A stretch of 64,000 nucleotides of DNA from Raja brachyura (taxonomy: Eukaryota). Below are positions 1 through 11,843 of the stretch, piece after piece (positions within the stretch are counted from its first letter, which is position 1; every line of letters begins with the position of its first letter). The notes beneath the pieces are model-generated. The model searched no databases and was not told the origin of the DNA. It saw only the letters and a program-made list of their open reading frames with translations. The DNA is taken from positions 103,292,001-103,356,000 of the forward strand of contig OY740782.1 of assembly GCA_963514005.1 (NCBI GenBank), read 5' to 3'. Position numbers and translations under genes: made by a program.

Positions 1-138
1 AACTGGAGCACCCGAAAAAAAACCCACACAGCTTACAGGGAGAATGTACAAACTCCATACAGACAGCACCCGTAATCAGGATTGAACCCTGTCCTCTGAC
101 ATTGTAAGGCAGCAACTCTACCACTGCGTCACTGTGAC
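1..138 (-). mobile_element. tRNA-derived V-SINE (HE1-like), 5' part, truncated by the window edge
   Basis: Reverse complement reads CAGTGACGCAGTGGTAGAGTTGCTGCCTTACA...GGTTCAATCCTGA...TGTCTGTATGGAGTTTGTACATTCTCCC; several related copies in the window. Confidence 0.75.
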
Positions 139-482
139 ATCTCTGTTAATGGAAATGCATTTTGAAATTTAATTAGCTTTTCCATAACAAAAGCTTTGCA
201 TTCTTGCATTTTTTCCACACCCTCCCCAATGCCTTGCTATCTGACTATATTTAACTCAATAAAAGGTTTGGGGATGATTAAATGTTCAATATTTACTGTC
301 CTAGCAAAATCCTTATGAATCTTTATTGAATCTTCTCTGGCTTGATCACATCCTTCCTCTAGTATGGCATCCACAACTGTACATAATATTGCAGGTATGG
401 TCCCAACATCATCCCATCCATCATTTTCCTGTCCAGCGTGTCAAGCAGTGAATGTAGTGAGAGAGAGGATCTGAACTAATGT

Positions 483-580
483 GAAGAAAGACACAAAATG
501 CTGGAGTAACTCAGCGGGTCAGGCAGCATCTCTGGTGAGAAGGAATTGGTGATGTTTCGGGTCGAGACCCTTCTTCAAAC
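483..580. mobile_element. Penelope-derived repeat, half copy
   Basis: AGACACAAAATGCTGGAGTAACTCAGCGGGTCAGGCAGCATC...GTTTCGGGTCGAGACCCTTCTTCA; related copies near 32490, 34156, 35640, 44350, 50000 and 58400. Confidence 0.65.
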
Positions 581-1429
581 CGAGTTAATGTCACAGACAG
601 ATATTCTTTTAGCAGAACTGACCAGTTCCGATATAGACAGAAATATGAAGTTATCAGAAATTGTTGAAATTGACATTGAGTGCCAAAAGCCTCAACTTTC
701 CACAACAGAAGATGAGTCCCTGTTCCTCAAGCTTACATTGTGTACAAGTGAATTGCTCCATCATTTGGAAGGATTGTTTGGGTCTCTCATTCCAACAAGT
801 TTCCACCATGAGACACAATTTCCCCACCATTCTCCCAGCATTTTGAATAAACCTTTCCTTTCACAGATCCCGGATCCAGTTTCCCACCTTATCACTTTCT
901 GCAGGAGGTGCAATACCCATTCCTTTATCTTACTTATTTCCCACATCTTGCAACAATGCAAGGGCAGTGACTTTTTTTCTCAGCAAGCAACATGAAAGTT
1001 CCAGAGTGAGCCATTTCTTCAAAAATCTCTGAAGTTTGAACTGGCTGAATTTATAGGCCAATAGATTGAGTGATTCTATATTCTATCTATATGAATGGAA
1101 TTTCCCTTTTAACTTACTCAAATATGAATTTTAGCTCTCACTTCAGACGTATTTTTCCAATTTTGTATTTTCTCGATACTTTCATGGAACTCTCTCCATT
1201 GCTCATTGTTACATAATGAGGATTTGTTTCGATTTGCCACCTTCTATGATATCCCCCCCCCCCCCCCCCCCTGATTCCACCCCTTCTTATCATTACCCTC
1301 TTCTCTTCTGTTCTCAGTGTTTCAAATCTCCTTTAATGAACTCATTGATACCTTTCTTTACATTCTCCACATGGCTCACTAAGGCACTCATTGCTGGCTG
1401 TTCATGTACCTCAAAATGGAGGAAGGAGA

Positions 1430-2510
1430 ATTTAAAGATGTCCATGAATGCTCCAGCTAGTTGGTCCATCTAGTTCCTAAAGACACAGCCAGTGACTCTG
1501 TCCAGGCCAGTTGCTTTCCGTAAGTTTACCATTAGGAAGACTGATCTAACTTCTGCAACAGTAACCCTGGGAAGAGGCACACATCAGTGTGATGGGACGA
1601 TGTCATGGCCCTGTTGGCCTTCTGCTCAAGGCGAGGTTATTAAGTTCTTTAGGTAAGTTTGCACTATCACCTTTGATGTCGTCTGACCGCTTTGCAGCCA
1701 GTTAGAGTATTCAAACCATGTAACATGCTGCCAGTGTCCAAATGATTATACTGGGACTCAAGTTTGCCCTAGTATTGTCTCTTGGCATCCTTGATGGCTT
1801 TGCGAAGATCATAGCCAGCTTTATTGTACCGCTCGGGATTGTTTGACATTTATGCAGCAAACCTTGCCTTTTCCTGGGAATGTACCTTACGGTTCATACA
1901 TGGTTTCTGGTCGGAAAACACTTGAATTGTCTTGGTCAGCATGCACTTCTCTACGCACTTGTTGATGAAGTCGGTCACGGCAGTGGTGTACTCATTCAGG
2001 TTAGCTGTGGAATCCCTGAATATGGACCAATCCACTGACTCAAAGCAGTTGTGTAGGATGCCATCTATGTCTGCCAACCAGCATTGAACAAATTTCTGTA
2101 CCAGATCCTCCTGCTTCCGTTTTGGGTTGTAGGAAGGAGCAGAAGCACAGCTAGGTGATCAGTTTTCCTGAAAAGTGGCCAAGGAACAGAGCGAACGGGA
2201 TTTTTTTTTTTAAATGGATGTTTAGCTGTGGTCGAGAGTTTTTCTCGAAAGTCTGCCCGACTCCTCTAACCTTTACCAAAGACGTTGCACGGTCTCTCCA
2301 GTGAAGGGAGACTCCATCGGGCTGAATGGTAGTCGGGTATGTTAGGGGTGAGCCATGTCTGAAACAGGACACAGCAGTCTCTCAGTTCACTAAGTTAGTC
2401 TGGCTTTATGTTCATCCAGCTTATTCTCTGTAGACTGTACATTAGCTGGGGAGGGGAGGTCTTGAAACCATGTTGATTCAACCTCACTTGTAGCCCAGCG
2501 CACTTCTCTC
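1430..2510 (-). mobile_element. Degraded LINE ORF fragment (Rex1/Babar-like)
   Basis: Translation CFESVDWSIFRDSTANLNEYTTAVTDFINKCVEKC..TKTIQVFSDQKP resembles the endonuclease-RT linker of this clade; stops and frameshifts present. Confidence 0.7.
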
Positions 2511-2959
2511 ACTTCCTCACTGGGTGGCAGCACTTCTGCATTGTGAGTCAGTCCTTTGGCCTATATCAGTGTTGCACAGCCCTGGTATTGAATGTCTGCA
2601 ATTGTTTTTGAATCATACTTACCAAATGCCTCTGGCACATTCCCCAATAGCACTGCTCTTTGTGATAATCTCGCACAATATAATTTATCGCCAAGGTAAC
2701 ATCTCATTTCCTTCATCAGACATTGCATTGAGTGACTTCTTATCCTTCGTAATTTGAAAATTATTTTCTAAGTTCCTTTATCCCTATTTTATTTGGACTC
2801 CAACAACCCCTTTCCTCAGGTAACCCCTTGTAAAAAAAGCAGTGTGGCCAAAATTGACAGCCATCTCCCACTTCCTGACATTAATAAGTCACCTTTCTTT
2901 CTGTTTTCAGTCTTCAATAAAACCATTTCCACAATTCCGTACCCTTGATTTCCATGTGC

Positions 2960-3330
2960 TTAGTTTTGGTTTAGGTTTATAATTGCCACATGCAGTAAAA
3001 AGCTTTGATTTGCATGCTATCCAGTCAAATCAGATGATACTATACATAAATACAATCAAGACAAACTCAAGTGTAATAGGTAGACCGAAGGGAAAGATGC
3101 AGAATATAGTTCTCAGCATTTTAGCACAAACAGTTCCAGAGACAAATTCTAATGCCTGCAATTCAGTAGTGGAGAATTAGACTGTACCGTACGTAGCTTA
3201 TGGAAGGAACATTCTGAAGCCCGATATTAGAAGCAAAGACGTTGTTCTTGATTCTGGTGGTGCGTGCGTTCAAGCTTCCATATCCTCTGCCCGAGAGGAG
3301 CGGGGTGAGGAAGGAATGACCGGACTATAA
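2960..3330 (-). mobile_element. LINE 3' end (Rex/Babar-like)
   Basis: Shares the AAAAGCTTT...GCATGC terminal motif, in reverse orientation, with the copy at about 16095-16370. Confidence 0.5.
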
Positions 3331-3338
3331 GTCTCATA

Positions 3339-3901
3339 AGGGCCTGTCCCACTAGCGCGCGATTACACACGGCAAGCGCGACAAATTCGGATGCGGGGGT
3401 CGCGTGGGGTCGCGTGGGGGTCGGGCGATCCCGGTGCGAGTTAACGTGAAGTTCGTGCGAAGCCCGCGGGAAAGTTGCGCGTGACGTCATTTTTCATCAT
3501 ATAAACGTGGGCTGCAGGCTGCTTGTCTGTGATCACCATGGAACACACACAGAAACAGCTGCAGCTGGCATTTATCTGTCGCGGTCATGCGCGTCGCACG
3601 ACGTCGGGCAGTGACGTCATCACGCAACGCCACGCTGAAGACGCACGACGTCAAAACGTCAAGACGTTACTCACGTTCTCGATGCGATTCTGGCCGACAG
3701 GATTTTGCCGCGCGGAATTTTTGGACAGTGTCGGTTTTTGAAAGCTCCACGCGATGTCGAGACCAGCTCCACACAACTCCGCGCAACTCCACGAGACTCC
3801 GGCGATCGAAGTGGGACAGGGTCACGCGAGGCCGGGCGGCTAAAGCGACCACGGTAGGTCGCGCTTCCCGTGTGTAATCGCGCGCTAGTGGGACAGGCCC
3901 T
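3339..3901. mobile_element. Non-autonomous TIR DNA transposon (PIF/Harbinger-like MITE)
   Basis: Near-perfect ~45-bp TIR AGGGCCTGTCCCACTAGCGCGCGATTACACACGG...; CpG-rich; same terminus as the 33795-34486 element. Confidence 0.85.
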
Positions 3902-5105
3902 TGACTACAAGTGTCTTCTAAGAAAATACTTTCAAATTTGTAACTGCAAGTTTTTTGGCTTCCAATTCACAGGTTCATAAATCATAGGAACAGAATTAGG
4001 CCATTCGGACCATTCGGACCAACGAGTTGACTCCGCAATTCAATCCTAGCTGATCTATTTTTGTAACCTTTGACACCCTTCCTAATCAAGAAGCTGCCAA
4101 TCTCTGCTTTACAAATACCCCCAAACCCTTTCTTAAAAGTATAAAGTCTTAGCTTGGCTTTAAAGGCCCATTTCCTGGTGCGCTATCACTGGGTCGGTGT
4201 TGCAGACATCGGTATGCCCTGGTGATGCTGTCAATGACCTCTCCCACTGCTCAGCCACTTCATGCCACTGCAGGCCATGTCTAATACATCTCTGCAGGTC
4301 ATCCAGCAGTGCCCGATCGACATGATACCCCAGGTGCTTCAGGACCTCCTGTGGCCTACTCCATGGACACATTACCCCGTGAACGTGCCATTCCTTCGCC
4401 TCTCGCAGCCACCATTCAGCCTCTATGCAACAGGACACCTCTGGAGCTACTCCAAGCGGGTGGAAGGTGAGGCCATATACTGTTCACTGACATCAATCCT
4501 CTCCTCCGTCCGCTGGCACCTCTCCTGCCACCATCTTGATGCATGTATCAGTCTGGCAGAAATGTTTTAATCTTCCCTAGCAATGGGTGAGGTACCGGAA
4601 GACTGGAAGCTTGATAATATAGTGCCTTTATTTAAGCAGGGCTGCAAGGACACTATAGGGAACTACACAACAGCAAGTGGTACAGTGGTAGAGCTGCTGC
4701 CTCACAGCCTGTGTTGAGTTTGCACATTCTCCCTGTGACCACGTGGATTTCCTCCAGGTTCTTTGATTTTCCACACAGGTAGCAGTGGGTATGTGGAATG
4801 AGCAGGCAGAGGAAATGGTGAAAACAGATACGAGTAGAATGTTTAAAAGGATAGAAAATGTTTAGTGGGATATGGGCCAAATGCAACTAACTCAGGAAGA
4901 CCTTGAATTTCTATTTAACTTCAACATACCAGTACCATGAAAAATGAAATAATTTTCCATCCCCATATTTCAGGAAACATATTTAATAGATATCACATTC
5001 ATTCAAATTAACTGACTACAATATTACTGCAATATTGCCCGAGAAATATCTTGTATTTAGGCCTCCAGGTGGCAGCAAAGTCAGATCTCCATTGATGATC
5101 ATTAC

Positions 5106-5365
5106 AAGTTTAGTGTTGGATATGCAGTGTGGAAACAGGCCCTTTGGCTCACTGAGTCCAAGCCTATCTTTGATCACCTGTTCATACTAGTTCTCAGTAA
5201 CTCCTTTTCTCATCCACTCTTTACACACCAGGGGCAATTTTACTGAGACCAATTAATCTACAAACTTCCACTCTTTGGTATGTGGGAGGAAACTAGAGCA
5301 CCCAGAGGAAACCCACGTGGTCACATGGAGAACAAGCAAACTCCAGATAGATAGCAACCGAGGTC
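5106..5365 (-). mobile_element. HE1-like V-SINE
   Basis: GAAACAGGCCCTTTGGCTCA tail and GGGAGGAAACTAGAGCACCCAGAGGAAACCCAC core. Confidence 0.7.
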
Positions 5366-6367
5366 AGCTATACTTGGAGTATTGTGTTCAGTTTTGCCCA
5401 CTGTAGGAAAGATGCCATTTGGCTGAAACTGGTGCAGAGGAGGTTTACATGGATGTTACTAGAACCCTAATCTCCTCTGCCTGCATGTGTACCATATCCC
5501 TCCATTCCCTGCATATCTATGTGCCTATCTAATAGCATCTTAAATGCCAGTAATGGATCAATGAAGTTTAAGGATATGCAAAAGCCCTGAACTGGAGCTG
5601 TGTGGAAGTATTGGAGGGACCAATATCTGAAAGATATTACCGTTATTGGAGGGGGCAAGATTTAGGAATATATTTATGACTAAAGATGGGAATTTGCTTT
5701 GAGATCTAGCTTTACGAGGAACTATATTATGCCTGGAAATGTGAGAAGCTGAGGGTCGTGCGAGGTAGTGGAGTTTGATCGAAATGCTAACACATGAATA
5801 GAAACTTGAAGATGTGAGCATAAGGTCAGATCTTGGTCAGAACAAATAATTATGCGGAAAGGAGAGATATCCTTGGAAACAGAAACAATTCATTCCATCA
5901 TGTTGTTCATGTAAAGGTTGGAATGGGGAACAAAAAAATTACGTAATATATTTAAATATTCCTTGTTAACAACACTGAGATTAAATTCATGCGCTTGCCA
6001 CACTTGGCAACACTAACCAGGTTGTTGGGTATCCATTTCCAGTTGGGGTACACTCAACTTTCTTGAAATCCCCAGCAAAATGGTCCTGGGTGATAGCATT
6101 GCCTCAAGGTTTATGCTGTTGTCATGATGTGAGGGTGGATGAAATCCTGTTGTGACAATAACTCCTTTGTCACTTGTACGCTTTGGATGTGTAGTTTCAT
6201 AATTGGTCATCATAGAATTTATTATCAGTGTCAAGATTCTCTTTGCACCATTTCCCAGTATTTATTATTCCTGTGTAACACTCGGATTTTAATTATTTAT
6301 CTTTAGCCTCCTCATCAGATGGTTTAACAACTTAAAAATGTATAGAACCATTTCTTAACCCAGAAAG

Positions 6368-7916
6368 TAACGATGTTACAAAACCTACCTTCAGTGGCGC
6401 TGTAGTTCTGCCACTGGCCGTGCGTGTGACTCTGGCACCTTTGAGCGGGGGGACGGGATTAAAATCCAGGTTTGTACTGCTTGTCGGAGGCGGATTTCCT
6501 CGAGCTGTTAGCTGATGAAGAAAATTCGATCAGCCATCCGTTCCCAGTTTTTTTTTAAATCGCTGGATAATTTAATAATTGGATTAAAATAAAAAGCGAC
6601 TTCTAACGTCCTCAACGCCTACAATGTGACGGATAGCAAGAACAGGACTAAACAAAGGGCAAGTCGTATATTTTACATATATTCATGCTGCTTGGGATGG
6701 CTTTAATCTAATTTTGCGTTGCGAAAATGTTATTTGGGCCCCATACGAACCGGCAGTGTCTTTCCTGCCGATATGGGGTTCAAATTTACCGCAACCGCAA
6801 TGTTCCAATCGATCGCATTCCAGAAACACCCACCCGCACGATGATTAAAATGTTCTCTTTTTTTGGACTATCAGGTCATTAGAGCATCTAAATTGTCTAT
6901 ATTTTGTGTTATCCATAGTCAATATTTTAATACTAAAAATACACAACTGTTTTAGCCACATGTATTGTGCAAAAAATAATAATTTTGATTATATTGAGTG
7001 GATGTTTCTAGATTAATTTATGGGAATTAAACATATTCCTTCCATCTGGCATATAAATTCATGACACTGAGATTCAAAAATCATGTTATATTGTGAATTC
7101 TTGTGTGAATGGGATTAGTTTGTTATTTGGATATTTAGGCTATTTAAAAATATATATCCTTTTCTTAATAAATGGAATCTACAGGACATTCTTAATGGGA
7201 AAGTAGAGGGCAGAAAGGCATGTCATGAGTGGTTTGAAGAGCAAAAACTTGTAGTTTACAATGCCAAAATTGAAAAGTTGATGAAAAACAAGGTGTACAG
7301 AGTTGGTTATTGGTTACAATCTGAGTCTGATGATGCTACTGATTATGATATGGCAATGTACCAGCTAGCAACTGATCTTCTCCATAAAGATTTGGTCTAT
7401 TGCTAGAAATTGTAATTTATTTACCTATCTGTTACGGACTTACAGCATATAATATAATAATACTAAAGTTCTGATCTTGAGAATATCATATTTTTGAATT
7501 TTCAAGGCAGTCTGGGTGTTTATTACTATTTCCGTCACAACGGTTAATTTTGTAATTAGCTACAATTAGTTAATTAGCTAATTATATGCTTTAATTTCAG
7601 GTCATACAAGTAAGATGTTTTATATTTGTTTCAGAATGCTTGAATCTATAATAACTGAATATTTCATCCAGTTCTCTTAATTTTTAAGAAAGTTATGGGC
7701 TTTTGACTGTCCTCAATCACAGCTTTTGTGCTAAGTCAATGGAAAAGGAATAGGGAACAAGATGCTAATTTCCGAGTATGAAAATGGCCATAACTTTTTT
7801 AATACTGAAGATATGAAAGTGAATTAGGTGTCAAATTAAACTTCCTTTTATGCTTTATCTGATGGGATAAATTGCAGACTTGACTTTTAAAATCTCAAAA
7901 TGTTGTAACATTGCTA
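6368..7916 (+). mobile_element. Non-autonomous DNA transposon (1549 bp) with 14-bp TIRs, 7-bp TSD and a coding remnant
   Basis: Left TAACGATGTTACAA and right TTGTAACATTGCTA (12/14 match); exact TSD CAGAAAG on both sides; open frame 7119-7406. Confidence 0.85.
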
Positions 7917-8100
7917 CAGAAAGTACAGGAGAGAGGACGGATGATGGGCCCACTTTAAATGCTGCTATCCACTTTATAGATATAAAATATTGTTTATGAG
8001 CAACCTGGCTCTAAATGTTTTATGCAGCATATATATCAAGCAGTCAATACCATGCTCCCATACACACTTGGGAGCACTAGCTTGTGGGCACTACCTAGCT

Positions 8101-8300
8101 CAAGGGTTCCAAACCTGGGGTAAATTTCACCTACCCAGGGGGTAAATTTGTTGTATGTACATATTTTTTCTCATTGACTGACTGTGTTTGGTTCTGGTAT
8201 TCTGTTCACCATTAGTTGTTCATAAATAAGTGAAATAACATTGTCATGTACTATTAAAGTTACCAGGGGTAAACAGGACGAAAAAGGTTGAGAACCCCTG
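8101..8300. mobile_element. hAT (Charlie-type) MITE, 200 bp
   Basis: TIRs CAAGGGTTCCAAACCT / AGGTTGAGAACCCCTG; 8-bp TSD ACCTAGCT/ACCTAGTT. Confidence 0.85.
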
Positions 8301-10869
8301 ACCTAGTTTTCAGTACTCAGTTCTAAAGTTTAATTTGGGTTACCCAGGAAAACCTACAGATACTGACGATCAACATGTACCATTTTGTGTGTATTCTTTA
8401 TGTGAATGTTTTCATGGACTATGTCCATGATTCTTTTGTTTGCAGTGGTAACAGATATAAAGTGGACCCAGCAAGGTCTAGAATACATTGCTTGTATTAC
8501 TTGTGTACTTAAAGCTGGGCTTTGATATGAATAACTATTTCCAATGTCCAATCTGACACACAGCCAATGTATACCCGGGTCACTTGTGGGAATGGTAATC
8601 TAGCAACGGGAGCCTCCATATGCAAATCTGTCAGAACAAACCCTCAAGGTGACTGATTAGAGGGAGTTCCCCTTGGACATGGCTGGACAGAATTCCCTGT
8701 TAACACCTATTAGGAGGGACAGTATTCCTTCCAAATAAGTGGATGACTGAACTGGGAGTTTTCTGAAGATTGTGAGCAAGCCATGCCCTAGGCCTAAAGG
8801 CTCTTTAAGGATCTAAAATGTTAACTCTTTTATTCTGCATGAATATTACCTGACCTGCTTAGGCTTTATTTTTGACATTTAATAAGTATGGGGGTACTCC
8901 TCCTCTCCATTTTCCTCCAGATATCTGTCTCCTGTATTGTTTCTATTGTTTTACAGTAGAAATCACATAACTGATTGTGCAGACCATTCGAGTTGTGTTG
9001 ATGTGTTAATGTCATCACACTATGACCTTGAATCCTAGGTTGGCTCCTTCCTGCTTTTTGTGTGATGCTTAACCAATGCCTGCATTGCCATCATAAATAT
9101 TAACATCTGAGAATGTGTTTGAAATGGAATCTCCTTGTTTACGCTTTCCCTGCCTTGCCCAACTCTTTCCTGTGTTTTAGTTGGGATGAAGATGGGCAAT
9201 TGGGTTGTAAGTGGTTTTAAAATCATTGGAAATCCAAGATGATCCCTAACTAAATCAAGCTCTATAAATTGAACCGTACAACAGAATCTAAGGAAATGCT
9301 TTTGGTAATCAACAAGCATCAATCCATTGCTGTTATTCATTTTTGCCATTGTGGTTTGGTATTCCTGGAGGTGAGAAGTGACTTGGGTTAGTGATCCACA
9401 TTATTCCTGTGAAAAAGTGCATGCAAAGGTGCTTTCGATACTGAGCCAGGTCGAGGTGTGATTTTCTCTATAGCAGGGATGAAAGTGAATCATACTGGTA
9501 GGAACATATCGCTGACATTAACAATTTAACACATTTTAGTTTAATTTAGAGATACAGCGTGGAAACAGGCCCTTTGGCCCATCGGGTCCGCGCCGTCCAG
9601 CAATCCCGCACAGTAACACTATCCTACACCCAAGTTTAGTTTAGAGATACAGCGTTTCTGTTCAGTGTTTTTTCCCTACTTCCTTACTAGTATATAGTGC
9701 TGACTCACACGAGCTTACTTCACTTCTGCCCTGTGTGCCGCTATAACGCTGATGCTTAAGGTGAGTCTCCCACTTGAATCGTGGCCATTTAGCACGGTAT
9801 TAGTCCTACTGAATACTATTAGAATTCTCCTGCATCTAAGATTCAGGCTTTGACCAAAAGAAGAGATTGAGTTTAATCATAAAAAGAGGCAGTTTGTTCA
9901 TTTTTGTTGCTGATGCTCCTCTGATCTGTATAACTTCTCCACTGCACACAGAAACTCCAACCAAAGGGAAATATATTTAAATATTTTGAGTAAAGGCCTG
10001 CAAAAAGCAGTTTCACCCTCACTGGAATATGGGGGGGGAAAAAAACCAAGTCTTGTCCAAGATATTTGATTTAGAAGCATACATTGCTTTGTTAGATCAC
10101 CCTCCAGTGAAGAACCTTAGCATATTTTCCCACCGAAATGGTGGAGAAAACAAAGGTAGTGAGTGTACATGTTTAATATAGAAACTGATAAAGTAAAGCA
10201 GTAGGAAAATTCAAACGGATGGAAGATAAAAGCCACAGTCAAAGAGGAAATTTTAGAAGGTATTTAAGTAATTAGCAAGGTGAGGTGGTAGCGTGAAAAA
10301 AGTTCAGGAAGAGGTGGTGATGTGAAACATTAATAGCTTATCGCTATAAAATAAAAAATGTACATGGGGTCACGGAGGTGAAAACATAACATTTCAAATA
10401 TGCATATTTTCTTACTTCCAACAAAGAATATTGTTGTGTTTGAAATGAACACAAAATGAAGTATTTTGTGATAGAAATACTTTCTATTTGTCCAGATTTG
10501 TGAACCATTCAAGTTATCCATTTGTCTTGACATTGTAAACTGCTACCTTAAAAAACATTTTACTGCACAGATGATCCTACTTTTCCCACACCTTCGAGTT
10601 ATTTACATTGAATACTACAGTGAGATTCTGATTCTGATTTCAACTCAAGTAAAACTTGTGAGATCAGATTAGTACAGGATAATTGGAGATTGTTACGGGA
10701 TGTTTAACAACAGTCAAATTTAGTTTTCCATGTGAGAAAGGTGGTGACATCTGAATCAGTTATTCCTCTGTATATTTGGAAGATTGACACTTTAAGGATT
10801 GGTTGGGGTGGGGGGGGTTATTTCACTTTTTAGAATTTGTAACATGAACTAGAGTCATGAAACAAGTTA

Positions 10870-11696
10870 CTTCAGAACATTTTCATGCTTTATTTCACAA
10901 TTATTATAACATCTCACTTGTCACATATACAAAATAGGAACAATTTTAGTTGTCATTGTTTTAGAATTGTTGCTTCCTTTTTCCATTCAGTTGGAGTGAA
11001 AGTGCATGGCTAAAAGCATGAACACCTGAAGTAATGAGATGGAAATGGCAAGGAAGGTATCCACATGTTTAATTTGGGAATAGACAAGAGGATTCCATGG
11101 TAATATTCAAAGGATTTTACTGAGAAATAAAATCCACTGTACAACTTAATACAGCACTGGAAATGTGATCTCACAAAGTGACAGATTCATTGATGGCATG
11201 GGACATTCAGTTAGCACCACAGTTAGTACTTCAAGCACGGTATCTGCACAATTCAATACCACTTAGCACCTTTACAAAATTACGTGAACCCCAAGTACCA
11301 CAGTTAATTTTGAGAAAGAAATTATGTGTTTAATACTTTAAAATAAGTATATGAGGTAGTTTAAACCTTGGGAAGCTGTGGTTTTAAACTTCCTCTTTGA
11401 AAATATTCAAAGACTACAAGTGACACACTTTTTCACTTTCTTTTATTTACTTTCCATTGTTTTGATTTCAGCCTTTAGGGCAAGGTTTCACCTGCAATAA
11501 TCTCTTCAAATTTCCAAGTTGTTGGGAACTGCATTAAAATTGCACGGAGAAAACAATTTCCCTTTTTTTTGGATTTCCTACTTCTCGTTAAGTCCAGAAC
11601 TTAAGCAAGTGGATGAGCAGAAGACATGGAATGAGTCAGCAATGTAAAAAATAAAAGAAAAAATGCAGAGAGTATTCTAATTTAGCTCAAGTTCAT
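10870..11696 (-). promoter_or_regulatory. COL1A2: COL1A2 3'UTR with miRNA seed sites
   Basis: miR-29 8mer TGGTGCTA (11212-11219) and 7mer GGTGCTA (11264-11270); let-7 8mer CTACCTCA (11352-11359); miR-25/92 site GTGCAAT (11539-11545). Confidence 0.8.
10889..10894 (-). terminator. Distal polyadenylation signal AATAAA (a proximal one lies at 11442-11447)
   Basis: Context GAAATAAAGCATG resembles the mammalian COL1A2 3' end as I recall it. Confidence 0.7.
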
Positions 11697-11843
11697 TTAT
11701 TTGAAACAGACTGGGCCAATGTCCAAACCAAATTCTTGTTCTGGGCCACCAATATCCATAGGTGCAATGTCCATAAATGGCAAGCGAGATGTTTTCTGTG
11801 TTCTGTATTCAATGACTGTCTTACTCCATTCACCGGTATGTCT
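11697..11843 (-). CDS. COL1A2: COL1A2 exon 52 coding part (147 bp)
   Basis: [48 protein letters not shown]. Confidence 0.97.
   Translation of the reverse strand, partial: RHTGEWSKTVIEYRTQKTSRLPFMDIAPMDIGGPEQEFGLDIGPVCFK

Noticed and set aside
546-995. 149-aa ORF
   Set aside because: Starts inside a Penelope-derived repeat; no recognisable domain or splice context.
1253-1271. Poly-C run (and poly-G runs near 44465 and 44660) as G-quadruplex elements
   Set aside because: Simple homopolymers, mostly repeat-associated, with no supporting context.
3523-3877. Overlapping Arg-rich ORFs
   Set aside because: By-product of the GC-rich MITE; no transposase motifs.
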